DNA of 64,000 nucleotides from Promethearchaeota archaeon (GTDB lineage: Archaea; Asgardarchaeota; Lokiarchaeia; Sigyniarchaeales; SOKP01): the NCBI GenBank assembly GCA_019058295.1, contig JAHPZI010000021.1, positions 64,001-128,000 of the forward strand. The letters run 5' to 3'. Position 1 is the first letter of the stretch. Every line of letters begins with the position of its first letter. The position numbers and the translations under genes were made by a program. Shown here one piece after another: positions 57,512 to 64,000 of this stretch. Below the pieces are notes generated by a model. That model was not told where the DNA came from, searched no databases, and worked only from the letters and a program-made list of their open reading frames with translations.

Positions 57512-60500
57512 ATGATTGATCCTAATAATATTGAAGAACTATTAGAATATTCTGAAGAAAAATATAGAGCTCTTTTCGACAATGCTCCATTTGCCATTGG
57601 AATTGTAGATATGGAGGGAAGAATTGTTGATATCAATTATTACCATGAAAGTAATGGAGGATTTGAAAAGAAAGATTTAATTGGTAAAAAATTCATTGAG
57701 ACTGGAGTAATACCAAAGAATTATGAAAAAGTTTTTATAGATGTTTTTAAAGAATTAGTTAAGGGAAATACTCCAGAACCAAAAGAAGTTCAAATTTATA
57801 ATAAAAAGGGAGATTTAATCTGGGTTAAAATACAATGCTCCTTCATAAAACTAGGAAAAGAAAAATTAATTCAAGTTATAACCCAAGATATTACTGAAAA
57901 AAAAAAAACAGAACAGAAATTAAAAGAATCAAAATTCCGTTATATTAATTTTATAGAAAATTTTCATGGGATTGCGTTTCAAGGATATCAAGACTTTTCA
58001 ATAGGATTTTTTCATGGAGCTATCGAGGAAATAACCGGATATGCTAAAAATGCATTCTTGTTAGGAAAAATTAAATGGGATCAAATTATCCATCCTGATG
58101 ATTTAACACAATACAAAAATAATATAAAACAATTTCATTCATCGTCTAAGACGTCAAATAGTCGAGAATACCGGATTATCCGAAAAAATGGAGATTTACG
58201 ATGGGTAACAGAAACAATTCAAAAATTTTACGATGATAAAACCAATATGGAAGGTGTTCGTGGTACTATTATAGATATTACTGAGAGAATGAACTCAGAA
58301 AAAAAACTCAAAGAATCTGAAGAAAGATATCGATTAATTACAGAAAATATAACTGATATGGTAGCCATTATTACCGGGGATTTCGTAATAGAACATATTA
58401 ACGAATCAATACATAAAAAATATTTAGGTTATTCAAAGGATGATTTATTAGGCAAAAAATCCTTAGATCTAATACATCCAGATGATCTCAAAAATATTTT
58501 GCATTTGTACAAAAAAGAGTTGGAGGTTGGTGAAGGTAGAGCAGAACTTAGATATAAAAAGAAAAATGGGGATTATATATGGCTGGAGATACAAGGAAAG
58601 AAATTTATCGATATTGATGGAAACGAAAAATTCCTTGCAGTTTCAAGAGATATTTCTGAAAAAAAAACAATGGAACAATCTTTAAAAAAATCTCAAGATG
58701 AAAAATTATTTATTTTAAATAATATTCCGGCGCTAATTGCGTTTCAAGATAGAGAACATAATATTTTATATGCAAATAAAGCTGCTGGAGATTCTGTTAA
58801 TAAATCCGCTGAAGAGTTATTAGGGAGAAAATGCTATGAGATTTGGAATATAAGGAGAGAACCATGTGAAAATTGTCCTGTACATGCTACCTTGATATCA
58901 GGGAAGGGTGAGTTAAAAGAAATGACAACACCCGATGGAAGAATATGGCAAATAAGAGGCTTTCCCGTTAAAGATGATAATGAAAATATAATTGGAGCTA
59001 TTGAAGTGACAGCCGAAATTACCAAGCGCAAAAAAGCAGAACAAAGATTAAAAGAATCTGAAATAAAATATAAAAATCTTTTTGACAATTTTCCGATTGG
59101 TATATTCTTATTTGATGACTCTGGAAATTTACTTGAGGGAAATACAAAGGTATATAACTCATTCTCAGGATATCCTCCTGATCAAAGTATTGGAAAGAGT
59201 TTCTTAGAGATAATATCCTTATTTAAGAATTCTGATGAATTATCAAAGATATTTAAGAATAGAGCAATGGAAAGAGCCAATGGAAAGGAACTGAAACCTA
59301 TTGAACTGAAATTAGTAAGACAAGATGGAAAAGAATTATGGATATATTGGCATAGTATAGTTTTAAAACTTAAAAACAAATCTATAATTCAAGCAGTAGT
59401 TCAAGACATCACTGAGCGTAAGAAATTTGATCAAATGTTAAGAGAATCTGAGGAAAAATTTCGGACTTTATATGAAAATATAGCAGGAGGTACGTTAATT
59501 ATTAGTGATGACTATATTATTAGAGATGTGAATGAGAGAACTTGTGAAATTACTGGATATAAAAAGGAAGAGCTAATTGGAAAGCTATGTGATATAGTAT
59601 GTCCGAAAGGTTCAGCGTCCAAATCTTGTCCTATTTGGGAAGGTGAAAAAGAAGGATTTAAAGGTATGGACACAGCAATCAAATGTAAAGATGGAAGAAA
59701 AAATCCAATTTTGAAAAATGCAAAAAGAATTCTATTTGAAGGAAAAATACATATCCTCGAGAATTTTCAAGATATAAGTGAAAGGAAAAATGCAGAAATC
59801 AAATTAAAAGAATCTGAAGAAAAATATAGAAGTTTATATGAAAACTCTATAAATGCGATTATTTTACTTGATTTTAATGGAAAAATTATTGATTGCAATT
59901 CAGCCACTGAGAAAATATGTGGCTATACTAAGGATGATATAATTGGTCAAAACTACTTAAAATTACCGTTTTATCCAAAAAGTATGATTAAAGTGTTAAA
60001 AGAGAGATTTCAAGCAATATCAAAAGAGTTAGATTTAAAATCACAAGAATTACAAATTAAAAGAAAAGATGGGAATTTCGCATGGGTTAAAACTAAGATA
60101 TCTTACATAAAAATAGGAAATCAAAATTATTTACAAGTATTAGTTCAAGATATAACTGAACAGAAAAATGCTGAAGAAAAATTAAGAGAATCTGAAAAAA
60201 AATATCGCAAGATTTTTGAATCTATTCCTGATCTATTCTTTTTAGTCTCAAATGATAGTACAATATTAGATTATAACGCTAGTAGTGAAATTGATTTTTA
60301 TGTACCACCAGAGAAATTTATGAATGTTAAATTGATAGATTTTTTTTCTCAAGAAATTAGAGAAAAAACTCTTGTAAAAATAAATGACGTCCTTGAATTA
60401 AAAAAACCACAAATCTTAGAATATTCCATACCTATTAATGATAAAACACGATTTTTTGAAGCCAGATTTCTATTCTTTTCTAAAAACAAAATCTTAATAT

Positions 60501-62527
60501 TCATTAGAGACATCACAGATAAGAAGGAATCGGAAAAAGGAATATTAGAACATGCCAAAAAATTAGAAATATTAAATCAAATTATAATAGCCGGAAACAA
60601 AACAGAAGATTTAACATCATTATTAGAAGATATTTTAACTCAAACCCTCAAATTATTAAATTTTAGTGGTGGAGGTATATATCTTGTTAATAAAACAAAA
60701 AAAATTGCTGAATTGGTATGCTATAAGAATCTTCCTATAGATTTCATTGAATTTGTAAGATTAAGAAAGATTGATCAAGAACCAAATAAAACTATTTTTA
60801 TTAAAGGTGAACCAATTTTTAGTGAAAATTATCAAATAATTGAACCCTTAATTGTTAAAAAGTGGGGTCTTTTATCTATTGTTAGTATTCCTTTATTTTC
60901 AAAGGATGAAATTATTGGAGCTTTGAATATTGCTTCAAAAACTCGTCATAAATTTACATTTCAAGAAAAAGATATACTTATTTCTATTGGACGAGAAATT
61001 GGAACTGTAATTTCTAAAATTAAAGCTGAAGAGACAATAAAAGAAGGGGAAAAATTTCTTTCAAATATTTTTACTAGTATTCAAGATGGAATGTGCATTT
61101 TAGATAAAGATTATAATATCATTCAGACAAATCCTACAATGGAAAAGTGGTATTCTCATAAAAAACCACTTACCAATTTAAAATGCTATCAATTATTTCA
61201 TGATAAAAATGAACCATGTGAGGATTGTGGTTGTTATCATGTAATTGAAACAGGAGAGTCTTGTATTAAATATATTCCCCGATTAGGACCTAAAGGAAAT
61301 ATTTTGGGGACATTAGAGATCTACACTTTCGCATTCTATAATCAAGAAACGGGTAAAATTTCAGGAATAATTGAATATATTCGTGATATTACAAATCAAT
61401 ATAAAACTGAAGAAAAATTAAAGCAGTCTGAAGAAAAATCTCGAGGAATATTAGAAAACATAAAAGAAGGCTATTTTGAAATTGATTTGCAGGGGAATTT
61501 TACTTTTTATAATGATGCGCTACATCAAATTCTTGGATATTCTGAAAAAGAATTGGGGGGTGTGAATCTAAATAGAATAGTAGATAATCAAACGAATAGA
61601 GAATTAAGACAATTTTTCTATAATATCTTCCAAACAGAAATTCCTCAAACTAGTTTTCAATTTGAAATTAGAAAGGGAATTATGGAAAAAAAAGTCCTAG
61701 AAACTTCCGGTTATCTAAGATATGATACAAATAAAAATAAAATTGGATTTTGTGGATTGGTTCGAGATATTACGGAAGCAAAGAAAGTTGAGTATATGGT
61801 TAAAGAGGAGATCAGAAAACTTAAAGAACTAGATTTATTAAAGGATGAATTTATGTTCAGAGCATCTCATGAATTAAAGACCCCTTTAAATCTTGTATGT
61901 AGTGCTTCATCTCGGCTTTTAGAGTCATATAAAGATAAATTAACTTCAAAAGAAAAGCAATTGGTAGAAGTTATAAATAAAGGGGGTGAGCGATTAGAAA
62001 AATTGATTAAAGCTTTACTAGATTTATCTCAAATTGAAACAGGGAAATTGGAATTGGATAAACATAATGAAAACATTTCAAAAATATTAGAAGGCTGCAT
62101 TAATGATACCTATTATTTAATTATAGAACGTGATTTAAACTTAAAAATGGATATTCAAAAAGAAATTTTTACTAAGGTAGATAAAATTAGATTTGAACAG
62201 GTTATATTTAATTTAATATCAAACGCAATAAAATATACACCTCCAAAAGGAACATTATCAGTAAATTTAAAAATTCAAAACGGATTTATCAAAATTGAGA
62301 TAAAAGATAATGGTGTTGGATTCACTGGTGATGAAATAAAGAAGATTTTTACAAAATTTGGTAAAATTGAAAGATATGGAAAAGGGATGGACATAGATTC
62401 TGAGGGATCTGGACTTGGATTATATCTATCTAAAAAAATTGTTGATGCTCATAATGGTGTGATTTGGGTTGAGTCAGAAGGCAGAAATAGAGGGTCTTCC
62501 TTTATTATCAAATTACCAATTAATTAA
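57512..62527 (+). CDS. soluble multi-PAS/GAF sensor histidine kinase
   Basis: About 10 PAS/PAC repeats ending in (Q/R)DI(T/S)E, one GAF, SHELKTPL H-box, NLISNAIKY, DNGVG, GSGLGL. Confidence 0.95.
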   Translation: MIDPNNIEELLEYSEEKYRALFDNAPFAIGIVDMEGRIVDINYYHESNGGFEKKDLIGKKFIETGVIPKNYEKVFIDVFKELVKGNTPEPKEVQIYNKKGDLIWVKIQCSFIKLGKEKLIQVITQDITEKKKTEQKLKESKFRYINFIENFHGIAFQGYQDFSIGFFHGAIEEITGYAKNAFLLGKIKWDQIIHPDDLTQYKNNIKQFHSSSKTSNSREYRIIRKNGDLRWVTETIQKFYDDKTNMEGVRGTIIDITERMNSEKKLKESEERYRLITENITDMVAIITGDFVIEHINESIHKKYLGYSKDDLLGKKSLDLIHPDDLKNILHLYKKELEVGEGRAELRYKKKNGDYIWLEIQGKKFIDIDGNEKFLAVSRDISEKKTMEQSLKKSQDEKLFILNNIPALIAFQDREHNILYANKAAGDSVNKSAEELLGRKCYEIWNIRREPCENCPVHATLISGKGELKEMTTPDGRIWQIRGFPVKDDNENIIGAIEVTAEITKRKKAEQRLKESEIKYKNLFDNFPIGIFLFDDSGNLLEGNTKVYNSFSGYPPDQSIGKSFLEIISLFKNSDELSKIFKNRAMERANGKELKPIELKLVRQDGKELWIYWHSIVLKLKNKSIIQAVVQDITERKKFDQMLRESEEKFRTLYENIAGGTLIISDDYIIRDVNERTCEITGYKKEELIGKLCDIVCPKGSASKSCPIWEGEKEGFKGMDTAIKCKDGRKNPILKNAKRILFEGKIHILENFQDISERKNAEIKLKESEEKYRSLYENSINAIILLDFNGKIIDCNSATEKICGYTKDDIIGQNYLKLPFYPKSMIKVLKERFQAISKELDLKSQELQIKRKDGNFAWVKTKISYIKIGNQNYLQVLVQDITEQKNAEEKLRESEKKYRKIFESIPDLFFLVSNDSTILDYNASSEIDFYVPPEKFMNVKLIDFFSQEIREKTLVKINDVLELKKPQILEYSIPINDKTRFFEARFLFFSKNKILIFIRDITDKKESEKGILEHAKKLEILNQIIIAGNKTEDLTSLLEDILTQTLKLLNFSGGGIYLVNKTKKIAELVCYKNLPIDFIEFVRLRKIDQEPNKTIFIKGEPIFSENYQIIEPLIVKKWGLLSIVSIPLFSKDEIIGALNIASKTRHKFTFQEKDILISIGREIGTVISKIKAEETIKEGEKFLSNIFTSIQDGMCILDKDYNIIQTNPTMEKWYSHKKPLTNLKCYQLFHDKNEPCEDCGCYHVIETGESCIKYIPRLGPKGNILGTLEIYTFAFYNQETGKISGIIEYIRDITNQYKTEEKLKQSEEKSRGILENIKEGYFEIDLQGNFTFYNDALHQILGYSEKELGGVNLNRIVDNQTNRELRQFFYNIFQTEIPQTSFQFEIRKGIMEKKVLETSGYLRYDTNKNKIGFCGLVRDITEAKKVEYMVKEEIRKLKELDLLKDEFMFRASHELKTPLNLVCSASSRLLESYKDKLTSKEKQLVEVINKGGERLEKLIKALLDLSQIETGKLELDKHNENISKILEGCINDTYYLIIERDLNLKMDIQKEIFTKVDKIRFEQVIFNLISNAIKYTPPKGTLSVNLKIQNGFIKIEIKDNGVGFTGDEIKKIFTKFGKIERYGKGMDIDSEGSGLGLYLSKKIVDAHNGVIWVESEGRNRGSSFIIKLPIN

Positions 62528-62557
62528 TTTCAAAGAGCTATTAAAATAAAAATAGGT

Positions 62558-63403
62558 TTATATAAGAGATAGTAAGCTTTCTAATTGATTAAATTTAAAT
62601 GGTTTTAAAAAATAACCATCAGCACCTGTTTCTATTAATTTTTTCTTGACTTCCGATTCTGGAACAGCAGTGACATAAAAAACAGGGATATCTTTAAGAT
62701 CATCATTAAATTTAATTTTTTTACAAATCTCATAACCGCTTATATCTGGTAAAATTATATCTAATAAGATAATCTTTGGTTTATAATTCTTTAACTCATC
62801 TAATCCTTGATTTCCCGTAAGAACTCCTTTGCATGTAAGATTTTTTGACTCAAAAAAATCATCTAGGATTGTTATAGCAGGTGGATTATCTTCAATTATT
62901 AAAATGTCATATTCAAATTTCTCGGGTTCAATCTCGTAGACAAGTTGATTAATTGTATTCTCAAGAAATTTGCTTTGATTGAGAATTTCTTTTATTTTTG
63001 TAAGAATATTTGGATTTAAATTGTTCGATTCATAATCAATAATTAATTGTGAAAAACCTTGTATAGTCGTTAACGGTTCTTTTAAATCATGAGAGATTCT
63101 AGAAATATCCTTTAAAAAATCTGATTTTGGTGAATTTTCAATATAAGAATTTACTGCTTTTCTAATAAATTTCGAAATCGTAGAAAAACTTTTTTCATCT
63201 GCAAAATTCTGCCATTTTTCTTTTGTTTCATCAGAAACTAAGATTCCTATACCCTTTTTATCTATTCCATAAATTTCTTCTCCTCTTTGCCATTTCTTAA
63301 ATCCTTCAGTTATAGCATTTCGCCAAATAGCTTTCTTTCCAGTTTCTGTTTCGTAACGGAGCATCTCTTCAGTTAATTTCTCTTCTTTAGTAATGAATAA
63401 CAC
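62558..63403 (-). CDS. response regulator with RHH-like and HisKA (no HATPase) N-terminal domains
   Basis: GILVSDETKEKW…ISKFIRKAV (RHH-like), SHDLKEPL (H-box), REC motifs IIEDN, LLDIILP, VTA, LKPF. Confidence 0.85.
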   Translation of the reverse strand: MLFITKEEKLTEEMLRYETETGKKAIWRNAITEGFKKWQRGEEIYGIDKKGIGILVSDETKEKWQNFADEKSFSTISKFIRKAVNSYIENSPKSDFLKDISRISHDLKEPLTTIQGFSQLIIDYESNNLNPNILTKIKEILNQSKFLENTINQLVYEIEPEKFEYDILIIEDNPPAITILDDFFESKNLTCKGVLTGNQGLDELKNYKPKIILLDIILPDISGYEICKKIKFNDDLKDIPVFYVTAVPESEVKKKLIETGADGYFLKPFKFNQLESLLSLI

Positions 63404-63531
63404 CCATAATCATAAAATCTGATTAATCTATTTAATGAAAATTAATCTTTCTTGTTAAATAATTAATTATCCAATTTAATAAATTTTTATTGAAAAAAAA
63501 TTTTTTTTTTTAAAAAAAAAGTAAGTTTTTT

Positions 63532-64000
63532 TTATGATTCAAATAACTCTTTTATTTTTATTGCTGTTTTATTAAAGAAATTTAATCTTTTAAGTTCGAT
63601 ATCTGTATCAGGTGTGATATATTTTTGTCTTAAGAAATTGATCTTTTCTGTTAAATTATCAAATATCCAAGAAATTCTTTTTCCTTGACCAAATTCGTAA
63701 AAATCTTCTTTTACACTTTTCATAATTTTATTAATCGTCTTTTTATCCATTTTTTGTTTGTCTTTTGGCACAAAAGGCGTTGTTCCATCAAAATAAGTTA
63801 AAAGTATAAAATTTCTTTCATAATTATTTATATTAATATTTTTAACTAAAAATTCACCATTAGCAGAGGTCAATTTAAGGAAGTCTAGTGCTTGTAAGTG
63901 TAAGCTTTCAATGGTTCTTAGCGCAATTGTGCAAATCAGTGAGAACATTGCCCCTATTGCCATGGAATCGAGCTCAATCTCTGTATATTCTGATATCATC
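63532..64000 (-). CDS. hypothetical protein, N-terminus outside window
   Basis: Open frame reaching the window end. Confidence 0.6.
   Translation of the reverse strand, partial: MISEYTEIELDSMAIGAMFSLICTIALRTIESLHLQALDFLKLTSANGEFLVKNININNYERNFILLTYFDGTTPFVPKDKQKMDKKTINKIMKSVKEDFYEFGQGKRISWIFDNLTEKINFLRQKYITPDTDIELKRLNFFNKTAIKIKELFES

Noticed and set aside
1438-60558. Numerous 60-150 aa ORFs in the track overlapping larger genes on the opposite strand or alternate frame
   Set aside because: Shadow ORFs of well-supported genes, with no motifs or SD support.
63493-63531. A/T homopolymer runs forming an apparent palindrome
   Set aside because: Low complexity; at most an ordinary U-rich terminator region.

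Overview
AT-rich (~30% GC by eye), gene-dense window, most likely from an anaerobic archaeon of the Asgard/Lokiarchaeia type. This is inferred from GGTGA/GGAGG Shine-Dalgarno motifs, TATA-like promoters, a tungsten AOR, a LysW-like carrier and a giant multi-PAS kinase; there is no rRNA or other marker gene to prove it. The core is a split, permuted tryptophan pathway, trpD-trpC-cupin-trpF-trpB-trpA (15.8-20.7 kb) and trpE-trpG (26.8-28.9 kb), separated by an oppositely oriented glycyl-radical enzyme/activase pair. Two unannotated systems stand out. (1) Both trp units are preceded by homologous leaders. Each encodes a Trp-rich peptide (…WFCCWRWHA*, …WFWDWRWHA*) whose stop codon sits in the loop of a conserved GC-rich hairpin, followed by a second conserved hairpin containing a U-rich tract. 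This is a candidate ribosome-mediated Trp attenuator in an archaeon. (2) The ~23 kb of accessory genes downstream of trpG is punctuated by at least 5 (possibly 7) same-strand intergenic remnants of the trpG 3' end, mostly just after stop codons and diverged mainly at synonymous sites. This suggests repeated gene-cassette accretion at the trpG 3' end with no integrase in view. Other notable items: acs divergent from a catalytically degenerate CoA-transferase-GNAT fusion, a structured RBS-occluding leader on a B12-binding/opine-dehydrogenase pair, probable ATT start codons, an OAS/CD-NTase-like protein and an RHH-HisKA-REC regulator. No rRNA, tRNA, CRISPR array, transposase or integrase was recognised.
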